Shown: positions 1 through 8,888 of the stretch, piece after piece
Position numbering within the stretch: position 1 is the stretch's first letter
How the letters are laid out: each line of letters begins with the position of its first letter
Source of the DNA: Candidatus Velthaea sp.
GTDB lineage: Bacteria; Vulcanimicrobiota; Vulcanimicrobiia; Vulcanimicrobiales; Vulcanimicrobiaceae
Assembly (NCBI GenBank): GCA_965214935.1
Contig: CBDCCS010000011.1
Coordinates: forward strand, 128,001 to 192,000
DNA length: 64,000 nucleotides
Reading direction: 5' to 3'
The notes under the pieces: generated by a model
Databases searched by the model: none
Told to the model about the DNA's origin: nothing
The model's input: only the letters and a program-made list of their open reading frames with translations
Program-made: the position numbers and the translations under genes

Positions 1-972
1 TACGCCCGCTGGCGTTCGATCGATCCGGCGCAAGAACGGGTGCCGGCGATCGATTTCGCCGGCGGTGTTGAAAGTGAAGCGTTGCCGCAGCCGGCCGAGT
101 TCGACTCCGCTGCGGGCATGCCGGATGTCTCGGAGGAACGCGCCGCGACGGCACTTAGCCGGTACCTCGAATTCGGCGTCCTGGGCTATGCCGCCGGCCG
201 GAACGTGCCGGCGGTGCACGGTACCTCGCGATTATCGGCCGATCTCGCTTTCGGCACCATTGCCGCCCGCACGATCGTGCGCGCCGTCCGTGCCCGTGCT
301 CGCGATCCGTTTCTTTTGACCGAGGAAAAAATATCGCTGCGCCTGTTTCTGCGCGCGTTCGCACTGCGCGACTTCTTTTTGCAGTTGGCGTGGCATACCG
401 AGACCCTCGGCGATACGCCGCTTCAGCCGAAGATGCGCGCGTTCGCCTTTGCCCGCCGTCATCGCCATCTCACGGCCTGGCGCGAAGGGCGCACGGGCTT
501 CCCGATCGTCGATGCCGGCGTCCGCGAACTGCACGCCACGGGCTGGATGCACCCGCGCGTTCAAGCGATCGCCGCGTCCTTTCTGTGTTTTGATCTGGGC
601 GTCGATTGGCGCGTCGGTCGCGATGAATGGGACCGCTGGCTTATCGCCGATTCACCGGTCTTGGCCACCGCAAATTGGCAATGGAGCGCCGGCGTCGGTG
701 CCGATTTCGCGGCCTATCCGCGCATCTATAATCCGCGCAAGGCGGCGCGCCGCTTCGACCCTGCCGCAACGTATATCCGGCGCTGGATCCCCGAACTAGC
801 GCTGGCGGACGATGATGCCATTCTCGCGCCCGAAATGCGGCCGGCCGAACGGCAAATGCGTTTCGATTTGTTCGGACCGCGAACGTACCCGGCGCCGGTA
901 CTCGATCATCGCGTTGCCGCACGGCGGTTTCTCGAACGCTATCAGCGTGAAGTTGGTGCCGGCCCGGCGTAG
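1..972 (+). CDS. Photolyase/cryptochrome-family protein, C-terminal FAD-binding-type domain (5'-truncated by window edge; atypical active site)
   Basis: Frame is open from base 1. Motifs TSRLSADLAFG, WREGRTGFPIVDAGVREL..TGWMH, GVDWR, NWQW, PRIYNP and YIRRWIPEL are present. Confidence 0.85.
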   Translation, partial: YARWRSIDPAQERVPAIDFAGGVESEALPQPAEFDSAAGMPDVSEERAATALSRYLEFGVLGYAAGRNVPAVHGTSRLSADLAFGTIAARTIVRAVRARARDPFLLTEEKISLRLFLRAFALRDFFLQLAWHTETLGDTPLQPKMRAFAFARRHRHLTAWREGRTGFPIVDAGVRELHATGWMHPRVQAIAASFLCFDLGVDWRVGRDEWDRWLIADSPVLATANWQWSAGVGADFAAYPRIYNPRKAARRFDPAATYIRRWIPELALADDDAILAPEMRPAERQMRFDLFGPRTYPAPVLDHRVAARRFLERYQREVGAGPA

Positions 973-1000
973 TATTTTTCAAGCCGGGTATAGGCGTGCA

Positions 1001-1213
1001 ATGAGCGACAAAACATTTAAGCCCGGCGATAATGTTGAATGGAAATCATCGCAGGGTGAGATCAGCGGAACGGTCAAGAAAAAATTAACCAAGCCCACGG
1101 ATATCAAAGGCCATCACGTCGCGGCATCGACCGATAACCCCGAATATCTCGTCGCAAGCGACAAAACCGGTGCCGAAGCGGCGCACAAGCCGGGTTCGCT
1201 CAAGAAGAAGTGA
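1001..1213 (+). CDS. Small DUF2945 / Tudor-like protein
   Basis: ATG at 1001. FKPGDNVEWKS..G.V..K...PEYLV.SDKTG.EAAHK matches the DUF2945 pattern as recalled. Confidence 0.75.
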   Translation: MSDKTFKPGDNVEWKSSQGEISGTVKKKLTKPTDIKGHHVAASTDNPEYLVASDKTGAEAAHKPGSLKKK

Positions 1214-1226
1214 GGCGGCGGCGCAG

Positions 1227-1817
1227 CTAGTGCGCCGCCGTCGAACGCGCGTCGATAAAGTCGCTGACGATCGGCACGCGCACTTCCTCGCCGTTCCATG
1301 TTTTGAGACCGTAAACGACGCTGGCCACGACGGCGACGGGCACCACTAGCGGTAACAGCGGCCACGCCGAAAAACCGATGACCGGAATTGCGGCGATCGC
1401 GCAGAGCGCCACCCAAATGCCGTACATGCCGAGATTGAAGCCGAGCGCTTGAACGGCTTGGCGCCGGACGAATGCGGAATGCGATCCGTCGAGCAACGCC
1501 AGTAGCGCGAGCGGCCAGAACGGGTAACTCAGCGCGACGAGTGCGCGTGATTCGGCACGGACGGTCATAGCGGCCGAGCTACGGCGCACCGGTGGACGTT
1601 CGTACAGCGGCGGAGGCATCGGCGGCGGAGCAGACATAGTACGGCGCGGCGGCACCTGACCGGGCAATTCGCCCGCAACGTGCGCCGCTTCGATACGTGC
1701 CGCTAGCCGGCACCCGGGGCAGTTGCCTTCGGCCGAACGGCACGTTGCGCAAATCGGCTCGTGACAACCGACGCATGCGGCGACCGACGGCACAGCGTTG
1801 TGAAAATAGCAGTCCAT
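1227..1817 (-). CDS. Membrane protein: N-terminal B-box-like zinc finger, Pro-rich linker, C-terminal DUF4870-like TM domain
   Basis: CxxH..CxxC..ICxxC..CxxC, followed by hydrophobic segments with FVRRQAVQAL. AGGAGG RBS upstream. Confidence 0.7.
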   Translation of the reverse strand: MDCYFHNAVPSVAACVGCHEPICATCRSAEGNCPGCRLAARIEAAHVAGELPGQVPPRRTMSAPPPMPPPLYERPPVRRSSAAMTVRAESRALVALSYPFWPLALLALLDGSHSAFVRRQAVQALGFNLGMYGIWVALCAIAAIPVIGFSAWPLLPLVVPVAVVASVVYGLKTWNGEEVRVPIVSDFIDARSTAAH

Positions 1818-1900
1818 CCTCGAACCTCCTGACGGGTACGTACGCCGCAGTTACCGGCGGGGCGGCGCGAAGGTTTCGTCCGCCGACGCGCAAAGGCGAA

Positions 1901-3676
1901 GTGGTGAACCGCGACATCTTGCGCCGGTTGGCGCGTGAAGCGCGCCCCTTCTATAGCCGGCTCGTCGTCGCAATGCTGCTCGGCGTCGTTGCCGGCCTTG
2001 CACCGCTCGCGCTCATCCAATTACCGTCGTTACTCATGACGCGGGTCATCTCGTACGCCCACGAGTCGGGCGGCGTCAACTACGGAACGAGCGTCGACTG
2101 GGTCGCACTTTGGCTCGTGTGCGGGATCATCTTCGTGTCGCAAGTCGCCGGTAACGTCGCGGGTTACGGCCAAAGTTATTTAACCGCGTGGTCGGGACAG
2201 CGCATGATCGCCTCGCTGCGCGGACGTCTTTTCGACCGCGTCAACCGGCTGCCGCTGCTCGAGTTCGACAAGTGGCGGCCGGGCGAGTTCATCGCGCGAT
2301 TCTCCAGCGACTTGGCACTGATGACCGATGCGGTCAGCATCTCGCTGCCGCAAATGATCCAAGTGACGGTAACGTTCGTCTGCGCGCTGGTGTACATGCT
2401 CAAGATCGATTGGTTTCTGGCACTGGTGCTGCTGGTTTGCACGCCGTTTGTTTCGATCGTCATCGGGCGCTTTAATAAGCTCGTGATCATCAGCACGCGC
2501 CGCGCACAAGAACGGATCGCCGACCTTTCCAGCAATTTAACCGAGGTGCTCAACAACGAGCGCGTGGTCAAAGCGTTCCGGCGTGAAGACTTCGAGCGCG
2601 ACCGTTTTGCCGACGCCAACGAGCGCTTTTTCGGCGCGAACATGAAAGTTACGCAGCTCAACCAGACGCAGGCGCCGGTGATCGCAACGATCGTGTCGCT
2701 GGCGATCATCGCCGTCGTCGTAACGATCGTGCGCGAGATCTATCTTGGACGGATCAAGCCGGAGGAGGCGATCGCGTTTTTCGGTGCGGTCGCCTTGATG
2801 ATCAACCCGATGAACCGCTTCTCGATCTTCTTGGGCGATTTTTCGCGTGCACTCGTCGGAGCCGGCCGGGTATTCGAGATCCTCGATCTGCCGATCGAGC
2901 GCGAAGATCCGCCGGGCGCGCTGCACTTGGCGAAGATCGCCGGCGACATTACCTTCGAACGGGTGACGTTTGCTTACAGCTTCGACGGTCCGCCGGTGCT
3001 CGACGATTTTAGCGCCGAGATGCGTCACGGTGAAACCGTCGCACTCGTCGGACCGTCCGGCGCCGGCAAATCGACGATCGTCAATCTCGTGCCGCGCTTC
3101 TTCACGCCGCAGTCCGGCCGCATTACGCTCGACGGTGTCGACATCGCCGATCTGCGGCTGGCGAATCTACGCGATGCAATCGCGATCGTGCCGCAGGAAA
3201 CGCAACTCTTCAACGGTTCGATCGCCGACAACATCCGCTACGGCCGGCTCGATGCGACCGTGGCCGAGATCCAATTAGCGGCCGCTGAAGCGAACGCCGA
3301 GGAATTTATTGCTAAACTCGCCGATGGTTACGCGACCGTCGTGGGCGAGCGTGGCATTCGGCTCTCGGGCGGCCAGCGCCAGCGCATTGCCATCGCGCGG
3401 GCGATCTTACGCGATCCGCGCATTTTAATTCTCGACGAGGCGACGAGCGCGCTCGATTCCCACTCCGAAGCGCTCATCGAAGATGCGTTGGACCGCGTGC
3501 TCGTCGGCCGCACGACGCTCATCATCGCGCATCGGTTATCGACGATCCGCCGCGCGTCAAAAATTCTGTACATCGAAGCGGGCCGCGTGCGTGAGGTCGG
3601 GACGCACGATGCGCTCATGGCCGCGGGCGGCGCGTATGCAACCTTGCACGCGACGCAGTTCGCGCGCTCGGGCTAA
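1901..3676 (+). CDS. MsbA-like ABC exporter (TMD + NBD)
   Basis: Multiple TM segments, Walker A GPSGAGKS, signature LSGGQRQR, Walker B ILDEATSALD, H-loop IAHRL. Likely GTG start at 1901 or 1904. Confidence 0.9.
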   Translation: MVNRDILRRLAREARPFYSRLVVAMLLGVVAGLAPLALIQLPSLLMTRVISYAHESGGVNYGTSVDWVALWLVCGIIFVSQVAGNVAGYGQSYLTAWSGQRMIASLRGRLFDRVNRLPLLEFDKWRPGEFIARFSSDLALMTDAVSISLPQMIQVTVTFVCALVYMLKIDWFLALVLLVCTPFVSIVIGRFNKLVIISTRRAQERIADLSSNLTEVLNNERVVKAFRREDFERDRFADANERFFGANMKVTQLNQTQAPVIATIVSLAIIAVVVTIVREIYLGRIKPEEAIAFFGAVALMINPMNRFSIFLGDFSRALVGAGRVFEILDLPIEREDPPGALHLAKIAGDITFERVTFAYSFDGPPVLDDFSAEMRHGETVALVGPSGAGKSTIVNLVPRFFTPQSGRITLDGVDIADLRLANLRDAIAIVPQETQLFNGSIADNIRYGRLDATVAEIQLAAAEANAEEFIAKLADGYATVVGERGIRLSGGQRQRIAIARAILRDPRILILDEATSALDSHSEALIEDALDRVLVGRTTLIIAHRLSTIRRASKILYIEAGRVREVGTHDALMAAGGAYATLHATQFARSG

Positions 3677-3701
3677 TCTTTCATCCCCGGAACGCCGAAC
3701 G
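3674..3701 (+). promoter_or_regulatory. Putative sigma28 promoter for flgB (possibly leaderless)
   Basis: TAAT-N16-GCCGAACG, ending 7 nt before the flgB ATG. The TAA is also the ABC gene stop codon. Confidence 0.4.
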
Positions 3702-3708
3702 GGGTATC

Positions 3709-4140
3709 ATGAGTGGTATCAGCTTCGGCCCGACGGTCGGCATGCTTGAAAACGCGCTCGACGGCGCCGCTGCCGCGCATGCGTCGATCGCCAACAACGT
3801 CGCGAACGTGAATACGCCGAATTTTCGCCGCACCGACGTTTCGTTCAAAGAAGCGCTGGCGCGCAGCGAGGCGACCGCCGGCGGTGATAGCGACGATCTT
3901 GCCGTAACGACGAACGACGCTCGGCAGATAGCGATCGGCGGCCCTTCCGCGGCCGAACCCTTTTCGATTACGACGGCCGTCGATGATTCGCAGCAGATGC
4001 GCGTCGACGGCAGTAACGTCGACGTCGATGCCGAGATGGCGAAGCTCTCGATTAACTCGAGCTACGCGCAGACGATGGCGCAACTGACGACCAACGCATT
4101 TACCCGCATCAAACAAGCCATCCTGGAGCATGCTGCATAG
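3709..4140 (+). CDS. flgB: Flagellar basal-body rod protein FlgB
   Basis: IANNVANVNTPNFRRTDVSF and DGSNVDVDAEM motifs. Confidence 0.95.
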   Translation: MSGISFGPTVGMLENALDGAAAAHASIANNVANVNTPNFRRTDVSFKEALARSEATAGGDSDDLAVTTNDARQIAIGGPSAAEPFSITTAVDDSQQMRVDGSNVDVDAEMAKLSINSSYAQTMAQLTTNAFTRIKQAILEHAA

Positions 4141-4586
4141 TGGGTTTGTACACGTCGATCGAAGTCTCGGCATCGGGACTCTCGGCTCAACGCCTGGCGA
4201 TGGACGTCATTGCCAACAATCTTGCGAACGTCAATACGACGCGCACCGCCGAAGGCGGACCGTTTAAGCGGCAACTCGTGGTGTTCGCTCAGAAGACCGA
4301 ACCAGCCGGGGCGACCGATTCACTCGATGGCCCGGCCGATCCGGCGCAGTCGCACGCCGGCGTTGAAGCGGTCGGCATTACGAACGATACGAGTCCCGAC
4401 AAACTCGTATACGATCCGGCGCATCCCGACGCCGACCCGCAAGGCTACGTGCACATGCCCAACATCGAAGTCGTGAAGGAAATGGTCGACATGATGGCCG
4501 CATCGCGCGCCTACGAAGCCAATGTCACGGCAATCACCGAATCGCGTACGATCGGCACTGCAACGATGGGGATTCTGCACGCGTGA
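4140..4586 (+). CDS. flgC: Flagellar basal-body rod protein FlgC
   Basis: SASGLSAQRLAMDVIANNLAN, YDPAHPDAD..GYV.MPN and EMVDMMAASRAYEAN. Confidence 0.97.
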   Translation: MGLYTSIEVSASGLSAQRLAMDVIANNLANVNTTRTAEGGPFKRQLVVFAQKTEPAGATDSLDGPADPAQSHAGVEAVGITNDTSPDKLVYDPAHPDADPQGYVHMPNIEVVKEMVDMMAASRAYEANVTAITESRTIGTATMGILHA

Positions 4587-4945
4587 ACATCGCAACGATC
4601 ATGGCCAACGTCATTCCCGGCAGTTTCGTCCCGGACATGAACGCCGCGGAGACGCCGGCGATTTCGGCCATCCCCGGCCTGACAACGCCCAATGTCCCGA
4701 GCGCGGCGGATGCGGTTGGCGGTGTAACGAGCTTCAAAGATACCGTGAAGCAAATGCTGGGCGACGTCAACGACCGGCTCACGACGAGCGACCAGAACAC
4801 GCGCGATCTGGCAGCGGGCAAGACGAATAACATCAATAAAGTCGTCACGTCGGTCGAAGAAGCGAACCTCGCATTGCAATACACGATGGCCATTCGAACC
4901 AAACTGCTCGACGCGTACAGCGAGATCGAACGTCTGGCCGTTTAG
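4583..4945 (+). CDS. fliE: Flagellar hook-basal body protein FliE
   Basis: SFKDTVKQML..VN and EEANLALQYTMAIRTKLLDAYSEI; follows flgC. Confidence 0.93.
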   Translation: MNIATIMANVIPGSFVPDMNAAETPAISAIPGLTTPNVPSAADAVGGVTSFKDTVKQMLGDVNDRLTTSDQNTRDLAAGKTNNINKVVTSVEEANLALQYTMAIRTKLLDAYSEIERLAV

Positions 4946-5003
4946 CCGGCGCGAACGGCTGCGTCAACGTGAAGGTTGCGTAATAGCCGGGTAAACGTGT
5001 GAC

Positions 5004-5819
5004 GTGGAAGACGAACTCCTCGCCGGCCGGTATCGGCTCGAGCATATCGCCGGACACGGTGGTATGGCCGTCGTCTATGAAGCGTTCGATACCGTCCTCG
5101 AGCGACGGGTCGCGATCAAATATTTTCAAACGCATCTGCTCGGCGAGCCGGTCCTCGTGGCCCGATTTCGCCGCGAAGCACTCGCCGCGGCGAAGATCGT
5201 GCATGCCAACGTCGTTGCGATCTACGACATCGGGGAAGGCAACGACGACCGGCCGTTCATGGTGCTCGAGTACGTCGACGGGCCGACGATCGCGCAGATG
5301 CTGCGCGATGGGCCGCTTGCGCAAGAACGCGCCGCCGGTCTGGCCGCCGGTATCGCCCAAGCGCTGGGCGCCGCGCATGCGTTAGGCTTCGTGCATCGGG
5401 ACGTCAAGCCGGCCAACATCCTCGTTGCCGACGGCGATATCGCCAAACTCACGGACTTCGGCTTGGTCCGCGCCGACGGCGAACGCGCCGCCGACGGCTT
5501 GGCCGCGCAATTGACCGCCGATGGATCCTTCGTGGGCAGCGTGAGATACGTCGCTCCCGAGCAACTTGAAGACGGGCTGTGGTCCGCTGCTTCCGATTGT
5601 TACGCGCTCGGTGCCACGATGTATCAGATGCTTACCGGCGACATGCCGGCGCCGGGCGGGCGTATTACGGACGGCGCGATCGATGCCGAACTCGCCGAGA
5701 TCGTTAACGGATTGTTGGTGCCCGATCCAAACCGTCGCGAAGCCGACGCCGTTGCGCTCGGTGACGAATTGTGGCAGCTCGCCGAACGCTTACGCGAAGG
5801 GCGTTTGGGCTACACCTGA
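5004..5819 (+). CDS. Hanks-type Ser/Thr protein kinase (catalytic domain only)
   Basis: GHGGMAVVY, VAIK, HRDVKPANIL, DFG, YVAPE, SDCYALG. No TM or PASTA region. Confidence 0.9.
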   Translation: MEDELLAGRYRLEHIAGHGGMAVVYEAFDTVLERRVAIKYFQTHLLGEPVLVARFRREALAAAKIVHANVVAIYDIGEGNDDRPFMVLEYVDGPTIAQMLRDGPLAQERAAGLAAGIAQALGAAHALGFVHRDVKPANILVADGDIAKLTDFGLVRADGERAADGLAAQLTADGSFVGSVRYVAPEQLEDGLWSAASDCYALGATMYQMLTGDMPAPGGRITDGAIDAELAEIVNGLLVPDPNRREADAVALGDELWQLAERLREGRLGYT

Positions 5820-5821
5820 GC

Positions 5822-5848
5822 TAAAGTTCAAAGGTAAGCGGCCGATGA
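5822..5848 (+). promoter_or_regulatory. sigma28 (FliA/SigD) promoter upstream of flgF
   Basis: TAAA-N15-GCCGATGA, near-consensus. Confidence 0.8.
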
Positions 5849-5963
5849 GGTAAGGGTACGGCTGGACACCTTCGCACGGGTGATGCCGGGGCTCCACCGG
5901 ATCGATTGATGGTGAAGCATCTCGTCTTGCAGACTGCACGGCGGACACGGTGCGGAGGATACA

Positions 5964-6761
5964 TTGGTCCGCGGACTTTACACGGCGGCGACCGGCGCGC
6001 TCGTTGCGCAAGCCAACGTCGACGTCATTGCCAACAATCTCGCCAACGTGAACACGGCGGGCTTCAAGCGCAGTCTCTTGCAGGCTCAAGCAGCGCCGCA
6101 GACGGCGCTGTTCCGGGATCAAATCGAACCCGGTCGTGCGTCGGGCAATCGCACCGGCGGCGTCGCGACGCACACGCCGATCGGGACGCTCGGATTCGGC
6201 GTGCGCATTTACGATACGCCGACGGTCTTCGAGCAAGGCCCGATCGAGCAGACCGGTAACGCGCTGGACGTTGCGTTAAGCGGCCCGGGCTTTCTCGCGG
6301 TTCGCGATGGAGCCGGCGCAATTCGCTATACCCGCGGCGGTTCGCTAACGCAGAACGCACGCAACGAACTCGTTACCAACGGCGGCGATACGGTGTTAGG
6401 TCCGGACGGTCAGCCCGCGAAAATTCCGCCCGGACAAACGTTGAAAATTACTTCGCAAGGCGAGCTGTTGTCCAACGGTGCACCGAGCGGCCGGCTTGCG
6501 GTATTCGAGTTTTCGGACCGGCTGAGTCTGCGCCCCGAAGGCGCCGACAAATTCGTCAACAGCGGCCGCGCTCCGCAACTTGCAACGCAAACCACGGTGC
6601 TGCAGGGCGCGCAAGAAAAAAGTAACGCGCAGGTCGTGCCCGCGATGGTAAATCTCATTGCCAACGAGCGCTGGTTCGATGCAAATCAAAAGATGATTCA
6701 AACGCAAGACGACGAGCTCGCGCAAGCGATCACGACGGTCGGAAAGACGGCGGCTGCGTGA
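5964..6761 (+). CDS. flgF: Flagellar rod protein FlgF (FlhO-like)
   Basis: RGLYTAATG..DVIANNLANVNTAGFK, TGNALDVAL.G.GF, YTRGG, EKSN. TTG start with GGAGG RBS. Confidence 0.85.
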   Translation: MVRGLYTAATGALVAQANVDVIANNLANVNTAGFKRSLLQAQAAPQTALFRDQIEPGRASGNRTGGVATHTPIGTLGFGVRIYDTPTVFEQGPIEQTGNALDVALSGPGFLAVRDGAGAIRYTRGGSLTQNARNELVTNGGDTVLGPDGQPAKIPPGQTLKITSQGELLSNGAPSGRLAVFEFSDRLSLRPEGADKFVNSGRAPQLATQTTVLQGAQEKSNAQVVPAMVNLIANERWFDANQKMIQTQDDELAQAITTVGKTAAA

Positions 6762-6789
6762 TGCTGACCGCGTTAGGAGTTTCCTCGCT

Positions 6790-7575
6790 ATGATGCGCGC
6801 ACTGTACACTGCCGCAGCCGGAATGGCGGCGCAGCAATTCAACATCGATACGATCTCGAACAACATTGCCAACGTCAACACGGCGGGCTTTCGCAGCAAT
6901 CAGGCACGTTTTCAGGATCTCATTTATCAACAACTGCGGGCGGCGGGGACACCGGTCGGCGCATCGGTCGTGCCGGTGGCACAAGAGGTCGGTTTAGGCG
7001 TCAAGATCGGTTCATCGGAAAAGATCTTCACGCAAGGGACGATCCAGCAAACCGGTAATCCGCTCGACGTCGCTATCGAAGGCGACGGCTTTTTCCAAAT
7101 AACCAAGCCCGATGGTTCGCTTGCGTATACTCGCGACGGTTCGTTCAAGCGCGATGCAAACGGTTCGCTCGTGACCGCCGACGGCTACTTTCTCAATCCG
7201 CAAGTAACCGTACCGCAAGCCGCGTTGCAAATCGGCGTGGGTACCGACGGCGCGGTTACCGCGGTCTTGCCCGGTCAATCGCAACCGCAGCAACTCGGAC
7301 AAATTCAGATTGCGCGCTTCACCAATGCCGCCGGTCTGGCACCCGAAGGGCAAAACTTGTTCGGGCAAACGGGTGCGTCCGGCTCGCCCGTCGTTTCGCA
7401 GCCCGGTATCAACGGTGCGGGCTCGCTGCAAGGCGGCTACATCGAAAATAGCAACGTCTCCGTCGTCGATCAGATGGTCGGCATGATCACCGCTCAACGC
7501 GCATTTGAAGCAAACTCCAAAGCTGTTACGACCGCCGACGAGATGCTGCAAACCGCGGTGAACACCAAACGCTGA
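6790..7575 (+). CDS. flgG: Distal rod protein FlgG
   Basis: RALYTAAAGMAAQQ.NID.ISNNIANVNT.GF, FQDLIYQ, YTRDGSF, ENSNV..V, QRAFEANSK. Confidence 0.95.
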   Translation: MMRALYTAAAGMAAQQFNIDTISNNIANVNTAGFRSNQARFQDLIYQQLRAAGTPVGASVVPVAQEVGLGVKIGSSEKIFTQGTIQQTGNPLDVAIEGDGFFQITKPDGSLAYTRDGSFKRDANGSLVTADGYFLNPQVTVPQAALQIGVGTDGAVTAVLPGQSQPQQLGQIQIARFTNAAGLAPEGQNLFGQTGASGSPVVSQPGINGAGSLQGGYIENSNVSVVDQMVGMITAQRAFEANSKAVTTADEMLQTAVNTKR

Positions 7576-8291
7576 TGACGATCCGCCGCGCGGCCGCCGC
7601 AATGCTCGCAGTCATTGCCGCGGCCGTCCCCGGACGCACGTTCGCGCAGCCCGATGCCTTTCAGGTGATCGCTGCCGCGCGGATCAGCGCGGTCGCGCAG
7701 TTCGGCGCACGGTCCGCAGTGGACGACGTGCAACGGGCGCTGGCACCGGCATTTCTCATCGTCGATCAGACGGTGCCGCGTGGTCTGGTGGAAATCCAGT
7801 CCGGTCACGCGCAAGTGAATCCAACGTATGTGAGCGTTCCGGTGGTCATTACGGTCGACGGCCGCATCGCGCGCACGGTGTATGCCGGTTACCGCATCAC
7901 GACGTTTATCGCTGCGATTTGCGCTGCGCACGACCTTGCGCCCGATGCCGTGCTGGGAGCCGATGACTTGGGTGTTGCTCGCGTACCGTTCAGCGGGCGG
8001 GCGGCATTGGACAAAGCCGCCTTCGTCGGGCGCAAGGTGCGTGCGGCGATCGCGCGTGGAGCGCTGCTGTATCCCGAGCAGACCGTCGTAAATGAGATCG
8101 TGCTGGCCGGTATGCCGGCCGTGCTCATCGTGCATGACGGTCCCGTCTCGCTCGCTGCCGACGTGGTCGCGCGCACCAGCGGCGGGCTTGGTGAATTCGT
8201 TACGATCTTCAATCCGCAAACGCAAAAAGCGCTGTCCGGGATCGTGACCGCGCCTAATACCGTCGAGCTGACGCTGCCGGGAGCAAATTAG
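7575..8291 (+). CDS. flgA: P-ring formation chaperone FlgA
   Basis: Signal peptide, SAF-like region and C-terminal GGLGEFVTIFNPQTQK; lies between flgG and flgH. Confidence 0.8.
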   Translation: MTIRRAAAAMLAVIAAAVPGRTFAQPDAFQVIAAARISAVAQFGARSAVDDVQRALAPAFLIVDQTVPRGLVEIQSGHAQVNPTYVSVPVVITVDGRIARTVYAGYRITTFIAAICAAHDLAPDAVLGADDLGVARVPFSGRAALDKAAFVGRKVRAAIARGALLYPEQTVVNEIVLAGMPAVLIVHDGPVSLAADVVARTSGGLGEFVTIFNPQTQKALSGIVTAPNTVELTLPGAN

Positions 8292-8888
8292 ATGCGATCT
8301 CTGTCCGTTCTGCTCGTCGTCGTATGCACGGCTATAGCACTGCCCGTTCGTGCCGATACCTTGTACGTGGCCGCACCTCCGCCCGTTGCACCGGGTCATC
8401 CGCTGCGTTTGGTCCTCGATCGCAAAGCGACGCAGCTCGGCGATCTGGTGGCCGTGCTGTTCAACTTCACCACGACCACTCAACGCGCGTATACGTCGAC
8501 GACCGCCAAAGGCTACAACCTGGGTCAGGGTATCGGCACCGGTCTCTTTAACTTGCCGTTTGCAAAACTCGGCGGCAGCATCACCGGCTCATCGTCGGCG
8601 AACGCCTCCGACTCGAAAAGCGATACGTCGGCGTTCAACTCTTCGATGATGGCTACGGTGACGGACGTGCTTCCGTCGGGCGCGCTGCAGATCGAAGGTT
8701 ATCAAAACGTCATCATCAACGGCGTAAATCAAAAGTTGCACGTCGTCGGATACGCCCGGCCCGAAGATATCGATAATACCGATACGATCCCTTCGACGCG
8801 CTTGGCCAACGTCCACGCCGATTACGCCGGCGATCAACGCAAAGACCATAGCGGTATCTTGCACAAAATTTTGGACCTGCTATTTTAA
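8292..8888 (+). CDS. flgH: L-ring protein FlgH
   Basis: DRKA.QLGDLV.V, ATVTDVLPSG.L.IEG, G..RPEDI..N..I.ST.LA. Confidence 0.9.
   Translation: MRSLSVLLVVVCTAIALPVRADTLYVAAPPPVAPGHPLRLVLDRKATQLGDLVAVLFNFTTTTQRAYTSTTAKGYNLGQGIGTGLFNLPFAKLGGSITGSSSANASDSKSDTSAFNSSMMATVTDVLPSGALQIEGYQNVIINGVNQKLHVVGYARPEDIDNTDTIPSTRLANVHADYAGDQRKDHSGILHKILDLLF

Noticed and set aside
1697..1900. Upstream ORF-track starts (also 812, 15374, 42088, 51589, 61218, 61891)
   Set aside because: They overlap neighbouring genes or leaders. Downstream starts fit homology and RBS or coupling better.
5849..5963. c-di-GMP riboswitch in the flgF leader
   Set aside because: The GEMM hallmarks (GNRA tetraloop/receptor, GCAAA motifs) were not recognisable. 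Kept only as a structured leader.
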